A DNA stretch of 63,364 nt, filler included. It is 3 parts of 3 records of this genome, joined end to end, with 100 filler letters (N's around TTAATTAATTAA, not from the genome) between each part and the next. Parts side by side here need not be neighbours in the genome. Positions count along the whole stretch, not along the records: positions 30,369 to 55,502 come from SRR22947725_2441; 2 more parts are not named here. The stretch is one strand, 5' to 3'. Every line of letters starts with the position of its first letter. The stretch's first letter is position 1. The notes beneath the pieces were generated by a model that worked only from the letters and a program-made list of their open reading frames with translations, ran no database searches and was not told where the DNA came from. Position numbers and translations under genes: made by a program. Below, in pieces: positions 41,313-50,882 of the stretch.

Positions 41313-42007
41313 GCCTTTATTTTTTTAACCCCATCGATTTGATCTTCAATGACACTTTCATTCTGCAGTATTACATTGTATGAATTATTATCATTTTTAA
41401 ATGAAACAGAATATTCTGGTTTATCATCTATAAGATGAAGAGCGTTGAAACCTTCAATCGATATACATGAATCAATGTTTTTGTTAACTAGCTCCTTCTT
41501 AACAAAAGGTCTTCTATTGGGCTCCTCATCATAGTGAGGACAACAAGTTCCATTAACAAACCCAAGGCAATCCATTATTGCAAGATCATGGCTCCAAGAA
41601 TCGGTTATGCCTTTGTCAAACCAACATATTGCTCCAGCACTAACACCGGACATGATAATGCCTTTGTTATATGCTTCTTTTAGAATTATATCTAACCCCC
41701 ATTCTCTCCAGACTGCGAGCATGCTTTTTGTATTGCCGCCTCCAACAAAAATAATGTCTTGATTGAGTATATGCTCTCTTAGATTTATAGTTCTTTTAAA
41801 AAAAGATATATCAGATGGTATGCAATCTAATGTATTGAATGCTCGATAAAAATTATTTATATAGCCGCTATCATCTCCTGTTGCAGTTGGAATAAAACAT
41901 ATTTTTGGTTTACTAGATTTACATTGGTTAATAATATATTTTTCAATTCTAAGTTCTCCAAGAGATCTTCCAAAACCCCCTCCACCAATTGATATTATTT
42001 GCTTCAT
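41309..42007 (-). CDS. Peptidase E (S51 family)
   Basis: IGGGGF, FIPTATGD, VGGGNT, GVSAGAICW, CPHYD. Confidence 0.9.
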   Translation of the reverse strand: MKQIISIGGGGFGRSLGELRIEKYIINQCKSSKPKICFIPTATGDDSGYINNFYRAFNTLDCIPSDISFFKRTINLREHILNQDIIFVGGGNTKSMLAVWREWGLDIILKEAYNKGIIMSGVSAGAICWFDKGITDSWSHDLAIMDCLGFVNGTCCPHYDEEPNRRPFVKKELVNKNIDSCISIEGFNALHLIDDKPEYSVSFKNDNNSYNVILQNESVIEDQIDGVKKIKA

Positions 42008-42015
42008 TATATTTC

Positions 42016-42696
42016 CTAGACTTTTTGATTGTTAAATTGAATTAATTTGTTTTTCCATTTACGAGTTAGCACATTAAATTCAGCAGTTTTTACTGTAAAT
42101 GCTTGAAAAATAAGATCCCTGTCTACCATAAGTATTACTATCTGATTGATATTTGTTCCAAACATTACATTGTGTGCATTAGCATATGCGCAACCTTGAA
42201 GAAAATAGTCCTCAATCCACTCTCTTCTTTTTATTTTTTTTGCAGTCTTAAAGTCTATGATCGATGGAACTCCATTTACTAGCCCAATACAATCTGCAGT
42301 TCCAGCATATAGACCATCTAAAATAAGTCCTACCTCCAAACCCCAAATTTCATTTATTGAATTTAATCCATCTAAGATAAATTTTTGAGAAATTTTTCTT
42401 GATATATTTTCATCAGATATGGATACATCAAAAATATCCCACTCTTCTTTTTTAAGGTAAGCCTCTAGAGCTTCATGAACAGCAGTCCCGATATCAGTGC
42501 TTTGCTTTATAACTCTATCAGCCTCAACATCCCCAACCCTCTGCCTCCATTTATCAATTCCATCTGATTTAGTTGAGGTATTGCTGAGAATAGTAGTCAC
42601 ACTTGGAACTGGTGAGCCAGTAGAATCAAGATAATGTCTTCCAGAATCAAGGTCGACTCTCTCCAACTCTGGATATTTATATATATTTTTAAGCAT
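42016..42696 (-). CDS. PD-(D/E)XK exonuclease (phage-type, MGME1-like)
   Basis: PSVTTILS, GTAVH, E...YAGTAD, IIDFKT, Q..AY. Confidence 0.85.
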   Translation of the reverse strand: MLKNIYKYPELERVDLDSGRHYLDSTGSPVPSVTTILSNTSTKSDGIDKWRQRVGDVEADRVIKQSTDIGTAVHEALEAYLKKEEWDIFDVSISDENISRKISQKFILDGLNSINEIWGLEVGLILDGLYAGTADCIGLVNGVPSIIDFKTAKKIKRREWIEDYFLQGCAYANAHNVMFGTNINQIVILMVDRDLIFQAFTVKTAEFNVLTRKWKNKLIQFNNQKV

Positions 42697-42700
42697 TGAG

Positions 42701-43606
42701 TTATTTTATATGAGAATCAATAAAATCAATCATATTTGAGTAAGATTCATCTTTATTAATTTCACTAAATACCTCATGCCTAGCTTCTTTAACAAGATTC
42801 ATAGTTATGTTTGTAAAAATTGATGAGAGAAATTTATTTAAATCTTTAACTCCTTTACCGCTGTTTCCAACGGGGTCTTTATCACCAGAGATAATATATA
42901 TTGGAAGAGATTTATTTGATTCTATGTAATTTGATGATTTAAATACTTTTAAAAATTGATTACACAGCTGAAGCCACAAAGAGTTTGTAACTAAAAATCC
43001 ACATTTATCATCATCAGTATACTCATCAACACTTGAAGTATCTCTAGTCAACCAATCATTAGGGGTTCTATTTGGGCTAAACAACGAATTGTTTTTTCTC
43101 ATAGTAATTTTATCTAAAAGTTTGCTATAAGACTTTTCTCCAAATATAAAAATTAGAAAAGATACCAATCTCTTTTGTGAAGTGACCACTTTATTAGGAA
43201 TTAAAGAGGATCCAGATAATATTAATACATCTATGTATTTATATTTCTGAATAACGCCTAGAGCTATCCATGAACCCATGCTATGGCTAAATAGAATTTT
43301 TTTTAATGTTGGGAATTTTTGATTAGCATACTCAAGTACAGAAACTAAGTTATTTTCAATATTGTCAAGGTTATGGCCCTCACCGAAATATCCAGGCAGG
43401 CCACCATGATCTATGTAAGAACCATGCCCTATATGATCTGCAGAGACAACGTGATAACCAGAAGAATTGAAATGTTTAATCAACCAGGAATATCTATGCA
43501 TATGTTCTGCCATTCCATGACTAATAGTAACAACGCCTTTTATGTTTTCATTAGATGATAAAGATTCATTAATAAATTTTTTATCAATAGTTAAATTTTT
43601 AAACAT
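42701..43606 (-). CDS. Alpha/beta hydrolase, lysophospholipase-like
   Basis: HGMAEH, DHIGHG, SHSMG nucleophile, GDKDPV, RHE. Confidence 0.88.
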   Translation of the reverse strand: MFKNLTIDKKFINESLSSNENIKGVVTISHGMAEHMHRYSWLIKHFNSSGYHVVSADHIGHGSYIDHGGLPGYFGEGHNLDNIENNLVSVLEYANQKFPTLKKILFSHSMGSWIALGVIQKYKYIDVLILSGSSLIPNKVVTSQKRLVSFLIFIFGEKSYSKLLDKITMRKNNSLFSPNRTPNDWLTRDTSSVDEYTDDDKCGFLVTNSLWLQLCNQFLKVFKSSNYIESNKSLPIYIISGDKDPVGNSGKGVKDLNKFLSSIFTNITMNLVKEARHEVFSEINKDESYSNMIDFIDSHIK

Positions 43607-43644
43607 AATTTATAATAAACCCAATTATAAATTTAATAAATAAC

Positions 43645-44754
43645 ATGAATGATATAAGTATTATTGGAACTGGTTTATGGTATCCGGACGAGTTAACTAC
43701 CAATAAGGAAGTGGTGGACTCCTACAATACCTATGTTGATAATTTTAATAAAGAAAATGCTTCATTAATAGAAAGTGAGTCAATTAAAGCAAAAGCACAT
43801 TCATCTGAAGAATTTATTCTCAAAGCATCTGGCATCAAAACCAGAAGACTTATCGATAAAAAAAATTCACTAGATCCAACTATGATGAGGCCCGTTACTA
43901 AAAATGAAGATGAGTCTGAGCTATCATTATTAGCAAGAGTTGGAATAGAGGCTGCAAAAAAGGCAATGGCTAAAGCAAACATTACTGCTGATCAAATCGA
44001 TGGTGTAATTCTTGGCACTTCTCATTCAGGAAGGAACTACCCGGCTGTAGCAATAGAAATTCAAGAAGAGCTTGGTATTGATGGTTATGCATATGATATG
44101 TTAGTAGGATGTTCATCTACAACCTTTGCTCTAAGTAATGCCTTTACAGATATTGTATCTGGTATGGCTAAAACCATTTTGGTAATAAATCCTGAAATAA
44201 CTACACCAGGTTTAAATTTTTCTAATAGAGATGTGCATTTTATATTTGGTGATGGCTGTGTTGCTACCATTCTCCAACAAACAAATGAGTCTGGTTTTAA
44301 AATAATTGATAGGAAGCTGGTCACTAAGTTTTCTAATAATATTAGAAGTGATTTAAGTTATCTAAACAGAACAGCTTCTAATCAAAAAACTCCTGAAGAG
44401 CTTTTATTTTATCAAAATGGAAGAAGTGTTTTTAAAGAGGTTTGCCCTCTTGTTGCTAAAACAATATTAGAACAACTTAATAAAAACAACATAAAGCCAG
44501 ATGAGATATCAAAATTTTGGTTGCATCAGGCTAATGGAAAAATGATAAGACTAATAGTTTCAAAAGTATTAGGAACTGATAGTTTTGATGAAGAATTGGC
44601 GCCTCTTCCAATGAAAGATTTTGGCAATCTAGCGTCTGCAGGATCTATGTTTGCTTTTGATCTATATAACGATTTAAGCAAAGGTGAAAAAGGTGTTATT
44701 TGCTCATTTGGTGCAGGTTACTCAATAGGGTCATTAATAGTTGAAAAAAATTAA
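43645..44754 (+). CDS. Beta-ketoacyl-ACP synthase III (long, PA3286-type)
   Basis: ASGIKTR, GCSS, FGDG, LHQAN, GNLAS, FGAGYSIG (Cys-His-Asn triad). Confidence 0.9.
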   Translation: MNDISIIGTGLWYPDELTTNKEVVDSYNTYVDNFNKENASLIESESIKAKAHSSEEFILKASGIKTRRLIDKKNSLDPTMMRPVTKNEDESELSLLARVGIEAAKKAMAKANITADQIDGVILGTSHSGRNYPAVAIEIQEELGIDGYAYDMLVGCSSTTFALSNAFTDIVSGMAKTILVINPEITTPGLNFSNRDVHFIFGDGCVATILQQTNESGFKIIDRKLVTKFSNNIRSDLSYLNRTASNQKTPEELLFYQNGRSVFKEVCPLVAKTILEQLNKNNIKPDEISKFWLHQANGKMIRLIVSKVLGTDSFDEELAPLPMKDFGNLASAGSMFAFDLYNDLSKGEKGVICSFGAGYSIGSLIVEKN

Positions 44755-44795
44755 AATCCACTAACATTTAAATTAAATATATTTATAATACAGCC

Positions 44796-44939
44796 ATGGC
44801 ACAATACGATTCAGTTATAGTTTTTATTTTAGCAACAGTATTTATTTCTTTTTACCTTTTTATTGAAGCAAGACCGCATGGGTCTTCTTTGATAGCTGAT
44901 ATTAAAAATACAGTTCTTAGATTTCTAAGAATTAAATAG
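44796..44939 (+). CDS. Small single-TM hypothetical protein (47 aa; not in the ORF track)
   Basis: MAQYDSVIVFILATVFISFYLFIEARPHGSSLIADIKNTVLRFLRIK*; TATAAT 6 nt before the ATG; ends 1 bp before tspO. Confidence 0.6.
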   Translation: MAQYDSVIVFILATVFISFYLFIEARPHGSSLIADIKNTVLRFLRIK

Positions 44940-44940
44940 C

Positions 44941-45381
44941 TTGCTTAAAAATAAGTATTTAGTTTTTCTATATATCTTAATCGCTCTTATTCTTGGGGGA
45001 CTATCCTCATCCAATACCGCATCAGACCCTTGGTATCAAGATTTAATAAAATCAAGCTTGAATCCACCTGGTTATGTCTTTGGGATTGTATGGCCTATTT
45101 TGTATATTTTGATGGGCATATCGGCTTTTCTTACCTATTCAAAAGTTTATAAACTATTTTTATTGCAGTTGGTATTTAACACAATGTGGTCTTGGTTGTT
45201 TTTTGCATTCCATCAACCATTAATAGCTCTAATAGATATATATCTTTTAATTGGGCTAAATATTTATTTAATTAATCTAATGAGGGGAATCAATAAGCTA
45301 GCAGCATACTTATTTTTACCTTACATTATTTGGCTATTATTTGCCTCTCATCTTAATTTAGTTATCGTTATATTTAATTAG
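44941..45381 (+). CDS. tspO: TspO/MBR tryptophan-rich sensory protein
   Basis: WYQDLIK..LNPPGYVFGIVWPILY, WSWLFF, LPYIIWL.FA. Confidence 0.92.
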   Translation: MLKNKYLVFLYILIALILGGLSSSNTASDPWYQDLIKSSLNPPGYVFGIVWPILYILMGISAFLTYSKVYKLFLLQLVFNTMWSWLFFAFHQPLIALIDIYLLIGLNIYLINLMRGINKLAAYLFLPYIIWLLFASHLNLVIVIFN

Positions 45382-46631
45382 ATATAAAGAGAAAGGACTA
45401 GTCCGGTCATGCATGAGGCTAAGGTTGCGCCTATTAAAGCCTTAAATGAAACCTCTATAAGCTCAGGCTTCTTTTCAGGAGCCATCGCGCTAATACCGGA
45501 AACGAGAATTCCAATAGAAGAGAAATTTGCAAAACCACATAAACCATAAAGCGTTATTAGTCTTGATCTATCTGAAAGAACACCTTCTGATAAAGATGCA
45601 AGCTCACCATAGGCAACAAATTCATTAAGAGCTGTTTTAATTCCTAGCAATTTACCAGAGACTAAAGCCTCACTCCATGGAACACCCATCAGCCAGGCTA
45701 TAGGAGCAAACATATAACCAAGAATAAGTTGAATCGACAAAGGTTCTCCACCTAAAGTTAATGGGATTAATCCTATTATTGAATCAGCAACATAAACCAG
45801 AGCAATAAATGCCAATACAATTGAACCAACTCCTAAAGCTATATTTAGGCCATCGCTTGTACCCCTTGTAATAGCGTCCATTGTGCTTTCATAGACTCTT
45901 GGAGTATTGGAAGACTCAAAGTTTGTAACGTGATTGGAAGGAATCATTATGTTTGCATAAACAATAGCAGCAGGTACAGAAAGTATTGAAGCAATTAAAA
46001 AATGTTGTATTAAATTGATGCCATCAAATTTCATATCTAGCATGCTTACGAGAGCAATCATTACAGAGCCAGCAACTGTTGCCATGCCTGTTGTCATTAG
46101 AATAAGTAGCTCTTTTTTAGATAAATCTTTAAGATAAGGTCTTATCAGTAGAGGAGCCTCTACTTGACCAACAAAAACATTTGCTGCAGAACCTAATCCT
46201 ATTGGACCACCGATATTAAAAAGTTTTTGACATACTGCTGAAAAACCTTTCACCAAAATAGGAAGAACTCTCCAATACCACAAGACAGCTGTAAAACAGG
46301 ACATGACAATAATAAATGGAAGAATATTAAAAGCAAAAATAATTGCAGAGCCTTTTTGAGATTCAACATATGGCGATTCACCTCCACCAAGATATCCAAA
46401 TATAAAGCTTGATCCTTCAGCAGTAGCAACTTTTAAGACCTCCACGCCATTAGAAAGATATTCAAAAAAAGAAGTGATTAGTGGCACTTTTAAAAGCACT
46501 GCTGCAAGAATAACTTGAAAAACTATTCCACCAGCTACATGTTTATAATTAATTAATTTTAAATTATTTGAAAAAGGAATTGCTAAAGCTATAAGCCCAA
46601 TAAATCCGATCAGTATTTGTAGGTATTGCAT
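45378..46631 (-). CDS. Concentrative nucleoside transporter (NupC/CNT)
   Basis: ANVFVGQVEAPL, GMATVAGS, NEFVAY, LCGFANFSS. Confidence 0.94.
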   Translation of the reverse strand: MQYLQILIGFIGLIALAIPFSNNLKLINYKHVAGGIVFQVILAAVLLKVPLITSFFEYLSNGVEVLKVATAEGSSFIFGYLGGGESPYVESQKGSAIIFAFNILPFIIVMSCFTAVLWYWRVLPILVKGFSAVCQKLFNIGGPIGLGSAANVFVGQVEAPLLIRPYLKDLSKKELLILMTTGMATVAGSVMIALVSMLDMKFDGINLIQHFLIASILSVPAAIVYANIMIPSNHVTNFESSNTPRVYESTMDAITRGTSDGLNIALGVGSIVLAFIALVYVADSIIGLIPLTLGGEPLSIQLILGYMFAPIAWLMGVPWSEALVSGKLLGIKTALNEFVAYGELASLSEGVLSDRSRLITLYGLCGFANFSSIGILVSGISAMAPEKKPELIEVSFKALIGATLASCMTGLVLSLYI

Positions 46632-46635
46632 GGTG

Positions 46636-47544
46636 TTAGTATAACTTAATTGCCTTTAATCTTTCATTTAAAAAGTCATCAGCTGAAACTCCCTTTGAGC
46701 CTTGTTTAAATATATCTCTTAGATCTGTCTCTGGAGAAGGATGCATAAAAAACGGGATGCTATATCTTGAAGTTGGTTCATTCTCGACATATTGAACGAC
46801 TCTATGAGTAGTGCTTTTTAATTTTTTATTTGTAACAAGTTGCATCATGTCCCCTATATTACAAACGATTGAATTAGAGCTAGGTTGAACCCTAATCCAT
46901 TCATCATTTTTATTTAATACCTCCAAGCCACCCTCCTCAGCTCCTACAAGTAAGGTAATTAGATTAATATCCTCATGAGCTCTTGCTCTATGGATATTTA
47001 TTGTATTTTTAACTGGTGGGTAATGAATAGGCCTTAAAAGTGAGTTACCTTTCTCTGTCCAAGAATCAAAAAAGTTTTTTTCAATACCTATAGATTCAGC
47101 AATAACCCGAAGAACTCTTGTGCCGATGGCATGAAGGTCTTCAAACAGAAGATCAAAGTTTCTATTAAAATCTTCTAGTTCTTGAATAATTATATTTTTA
47201 GGTATTTTTGAAGAGTATGACGTATCAGTAATAGGTCCATGATGCCAAAACTCTTTAAGGTCTGCGACACTCTCTCCAACTGCTGTTTCTATACCAAAGG
47301 GTGTGTATCCCCTAGCCCCTCCAGATGTTGGGTCATGATATAAATTCTTAACTTCATCTGAAAGATTAAAAAAGTCTTTTGATGACTTATAGCAAGAATC
47401 GAGAACTTTTTGAGATAAGCCATGATCAGTAATTGAAAAAAAACCATGACTGTTTAAGGCTTCTGCTAATAGGGAGGTCGCTTTAGGGTCTCCGTTTTCA
47501 ATATCTTTAAAGGAAAGTTCAGGTATGTCGTTTGTAGTTTTCAT
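46636..47544 (-). CDS. Fe(II)/2-oxoglutarate dioxygenase, isopenicillin N synthase family
   Basis: GFFSITDHG, RGY, HYPP, AHEDINLITLL, NIGDM, STTHRV, RYSIPFF. Confidence 0.9.
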   Translation of the reverse strand: MKTTNDIPELSFKDIENGDPKATSLLAEALNSHGFFSITDHGLSQKVLDSCYKSSKDFFNLSDEVKNLYHDPTSGGARGYTPFGIETAVGESVADLKEFWHHGPITDTSYSSKIPKNIIIQELEDFNRNFDLLFEDLHAIGTRVLRVIAESIGIEKNFFDSWTEKGNSLLRPIHYPPVKNTINIHRARAHEDINLITLLVGAEEGGLEVLNKNDEWIRVQPSSNSIVCNIGDMMQLVTNKKLKSTTHRVVQYVENEPTSRYSIPFFMHPSPETDLRDIFKQGSKGVSADDFLNERLKAIKLY

Positions 47545-47551
47545 AAGCAAT

Positions 47552-47578
47552 AAAAAAGGCGGTATTAAACCGCCTTTT
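47552..47578. terminator. Intrinsic terminator after the TonB-dependent receptor
   Basis: AAAAAAGGCGGT-ATTAA-ACCGCCTTTT. Confidence 0.85.
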
Positions 47579-47594
47579 AATTATATATCAATTA

Positions 47595-50500
47595 TTAGAA
47601 TTTATATTTAATTCCTAACTGAGCTCTCCAGATACTCTGAGTAGCTGATATTCTGTCTTCAAATGGATTGTCGATATCATATCTATAAGCATATCCGCTA
47701 TAGTCATACTTATTATCAACAATTCTTAAATCCATAACATCTAGCCTACCTGAGTAGTAACCAAACTTAACAACACCTTTTTTGTCATCAATTAAGTTAA
47801 GTAGATTCTCTATACCTAAAGTTATAACCACTTCATCATCAGCTCTAAATCCAGGAAGTATCTGAGTAACTTTTACATCAAGTGATGACTGCCATGGATA
47901 GTTGAAAGACCCTCTTGGCTGAATAGAGCCAGCATATCTTTCAAGACCATATGTATTATGAAGAAGGTTTATTACCTCTGCTGCTCTAGCTGAAGCTTCA
48001 AAAGATCCCTCATCTCCACACTTATAAGACCAGCAAATTAATGGGTCGTTAGTTCCAGTAGGTATATATAGTAAAGCAGAGCTGTCATCATTTAAATTAT
48101 AATCATAACCAAAGGCTTTTGATCCATAATCGCTTGGAGAACCTGTAAATGTATCAAATGAAAGGTATCCAGGTAAACCTGATTTTCTCTCGAAGATCAT
48201 TGAGAAAGTTGTTGGTTTATCTTCACCAAAGAAATAATGCTTAGATGTCACAGTAGCGAGGAATCTATGTTCAGTTTCATAGATTGATCTCATAGGCTTT
48301 CTGTTGTTGTAATCAATAGCTCCAACTTTTCCGTAGTTAGAGTTTGATGTTGAAGAAGTCATACCACTTAGCTCATCAATATCTTGAGCTGTGTAACTCA
48401 TAACAAGTCTGCCGTCACCATCATTAAAGGTTCTTGCAAATGTTGCAGACATAACCTCTCTTTCACCACAACAATCATTGTAGAGACCGGCTTTGTATGT
48501 TCTTCTACCTGTCATATTATAAATAGGACGCCCATCAGGAGCTGTAGCAGTAGGAACAGTAGGATCAAAGCCATCTAATGGATAACCAGTATCGATTACT
48601 TTGTATAAAGCTTCCTCTTGATTTGAATTTAAGTAAGTTAAAGTCATATCCCAATTTTCTGATAGCTGTCTTTCGTATGTGACGTTTAAGATTTTTGATT
48701 CAGGCCACTCAAAATTAGGTGATATGAAATCAATCTTAGCACTCGTTAAAGGAGCATTGGCAATAGCTTGCTGAACACAACCTGGAAGGCCAACTCCTGC
48801 AGCAGCAAGTGGGTTACAGCCAGCAGCAGCATAATCAGAATCATAAGCTGAAACTCTTACGCCATCGTTTGTATATGCATTAGAAATCCATACTGCAGGT
48901 AATTTAGCAGAGTAAGTACCGTAAGTAATATTTAATGAACTTACATCATCAATAAGCAAATCAGCACCAAATCTATAATTAAGAAGACTTGTTCCATCAA
49001 TACCCGCATTAGCAAAACCATATTCAGCTTCAAAATCTGGATTGGCAGCTGGAGCATCGTCTGAAGAGTACTCGTCGTATCTTAGACCTGCGGTTAAAGT
49101 TAATCTATCTGAAACAGTTATTTCATCTTGTATATACATTGATGAAAGACTGTATTCAAAATTAGCAGCTGCATCTGCAGGATTACCTGTTTTTGCATTA
49201 TTTGCAAAGAAAGAACTTGCATTACCATTATTAAAGTCATCTAAAGAATCAAATTCCCATTGACCATCTTGAGCAACGATAAATAAGTTATAAATATCCC
49301 AGCTAGTATTTTCATAACCTGCTGTAATTTTATGATTATCTGCATAGTAAATTGCTTTTAACTTTAAAAAGTCTGTCGTAGTGGCGAGCTCATTTGCTGA
49401 TCTATAAATATCAGCTCCGATATAAACTTCATTACCATATGCATTATCTATGTATAAATTAGGAACGTTCTGACCTGCTGGAGAATTTTGGCCAGTAGTT
49501 GTTTCCTTGCTTGAATAGTTAACTTCTGTAGAAAGGTTGTCTGACCAATTTGAGATTAATAAAACACTATTGGTCTCTGTTTTTTCTGTTTTAAGGTAAG
49601 AGGCAGAAGTAAAGTAAAACGAATCAAAGCCACTGTCAGCTCTCAATGCGTCACCTTCAGCTAATTTGTAGTCATATTGCAATCTATGATTTTCATCAAC
49701 AATATAATCAAGTCTTAAAGTAACATTTTCTTGAGTAGACTCTGTTGTATCTGCATAAGAAAGAGGATCAAAACCATATAGGTCTATGGTAGTTTGTCTT
49801 ATTTCAGCAACTTGAGCAGTTGTTATTGATTGCTCAATCTGAGCATTTGAACCGGCTGGTCCAAAAAGAACAGGGTTTGTTAGAACACTTTCTTCATATG
49901 ATGTAAAGAAGAATGCTTTGTCTTGTATTATTGGTCCACCAAACGTGAAACTTGTAGCAGTATCTTCTTTATCAAAGGAATAATCTCTACCATCGATCTT
50001 ATCTCCATAGAACTGATCTCCTCTATCATAGAAAGCTGCACTTCCACTAAACTCGTTAGTACCACCTTTAGTAATGAATTCTATAACACCACCCCTAAAA
50101 TTAGAGTACTCAACAGATGCTGGAGCAACTTTAATGCTCATTTGCTCAATAGCATCTAGATTTAATGGACTTCTTTGAGAAGGATAGCCATTACCATTCA
50201 AACCAAAATCATCATTGAATGAGACGCCATCAACTTTAATATCATTAGATCTTGGATGTGCTCCACCGATACTTATTGCCTCATCTCCATCCTCAGCATC
50301 ATCCAAGGATACCAAAGGATTAAGTCTCATAAGATCTTTTATATCACGTGTAATTGAAGGTGTATTTTGAATAGTCTCAGCATCAATGGTAGTTGTATAA
50401 CCTTGTGCTGTCATTTGTTCAATTTTTTGACCTACAACAACAACATCATCAACATCACCAACTGAAACTAACGCAAAAGAAACTCTTCCAGTTTCTCCAA

Positions 50501-50783
50501 CTTGAAGGTATGTTTCTACAGAATCAGGGAGTAGTCCATTAGCCGATACTTTGATCTTATAAGGCCCACCAGGTCTAAGACCAGCAGCTCTATATCTTCC
50601 ATTTTCAGAAGTTACCTTGCTAACTTTAGTATTAGTTGGCACATAAGTGATCTCAACCGTTGCACCACCTACCGCATCACCACCATTAGAAACAACACCA
50701 GTTATGTCTGAAGTTAATTCTTGGGTAAAAGCAAGCGGGGAAATGAAAAGTGAGAAAAGAAAAATTCTAAACGTCTTATTCAT
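47595..50783 (-). CDS. TonB-dependent receptor (Oar-like, N-terminal carboxypeptidase-regulatory-like domain)
   Basis: Signal peptide, GLRPGGPY, IKVDG...NDDFGL plug, TKGGTNEFSGS, C-terminal aromatic YKF. Confidence 0.92.
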   Translation of the reverse strand: MNKTFRIFLFSLFISPLAFTQELTSDITGVVSNGGDAVGGATVEITYVPTNTKVSKVTSENGRYRAAGLRPGGPYKIKVSANGLLPDSVETYLQVGETGRVSFALVSVGDVDDVVVVGQKIEQMTAQGYTTTIDAETIQNTPSITRDIKDLMRLNPLVSLDDAEDGDEAISIGGAHPRSNDIKVDGVSFNDDFGLNGNGYPSQRSPLNLDAIEQMSIKVAPASVEYSNFRGGVIEFITKGGTNEFSGSAAFYDRGDQFYGDKIDGRDYSFDKEDTATSFTFGGPIIQDKAFFFTSYEESVLTNPVLFGPAGSNAQIEQSITTAQVAEIRQTTIDLYGFDPLSYADTTESTQENVTLRLDYIVDENHRLQYDYKLAEGDALRADSGFDSFYFTSASYLKTEKTETNSVLLISNWSDNLSTEVNYSSKETTTGQNSPAGQNVPNLYIDNAYGNEVYIGADIYRSANELATTTDFLKLKAIYYADNHKITAGYENTSWDIYNLFIVAQDGQWEFDSLDDFNNGNASSFFANNAKTGNPADAAANFEYSLSSMYIQDEITVSDRLTLTAGLRYDEYSSDDAPAANPDFEAEYGFANAGIDGTSLLNYRFGADLLIDDVSSLNITYGTYSAKLPAVWISNAYTNDGVRVSAYDSDYAAAGCNPLAAAGVGLPGCVQQAIANAPLTSAKIDFISPNFEWPESKILNVTYERQLSENWDMTLTYLNSNQEEALYKVIDTGYPLDGFDPTVPTATAPDGRPIYNMTGRRTYKAGLYNDCCGEREVMSATFARTFNDGDGRLVMSYTAQDIDELSGMTSSTSNSNYGKVGAIDYNNRKPMRSIYETEHRFLATVTSKHYFFGEDKPTTFSMIFERKSGLPGYLSFDTFTGSPSDYGSKAFGYDYNLNDDSSALLYIPTGTNDPLICWSYKCGDEGSFEASARAAEVINLLHNTYGLERYAGSIQPRGSFNYPWQSSLDVKVTQILPGFRADDEVVITLGIENLLNLIDDKKGVVKFGYYSGRLDVMDLRIVDNKYDYSGYAYRYDIDNPFEDRISATQSIWRAQLGIKYKF

Positions 50784-50850
50784 AATGATAATATCCTCTT
50801 AAAAAATTAATAAAATTTAATACACAAATAATAACAGAAAAAACTATGAA

Positions 50851-50870
50851 ATTTGTGACAATTTGTGACA
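50851..50870. repeat. 10-bp direct repeat ATTTGTGACA x2 upstream of the receptor (candidate regulator site)
   Basis: Minus strand TGTCACAAAT TGTCACAAAT TTCAT. Confidence 0.55.
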
Positions 50871-50882
50871 ATTTTTAGAGAT

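Noticed and set aside
42016-42696. Cas4 or CRISPR-associated locus
   Set aside because: No Fe-S cysteine cluster, no other cas genes and no repeat-spacer array in the window
50784-50882. Cobalamin or other riboswitch upstream of the TonB receptor
   Set aside because: The gap is 99 bp, very AT-rich, and has no conserved riboswitch core
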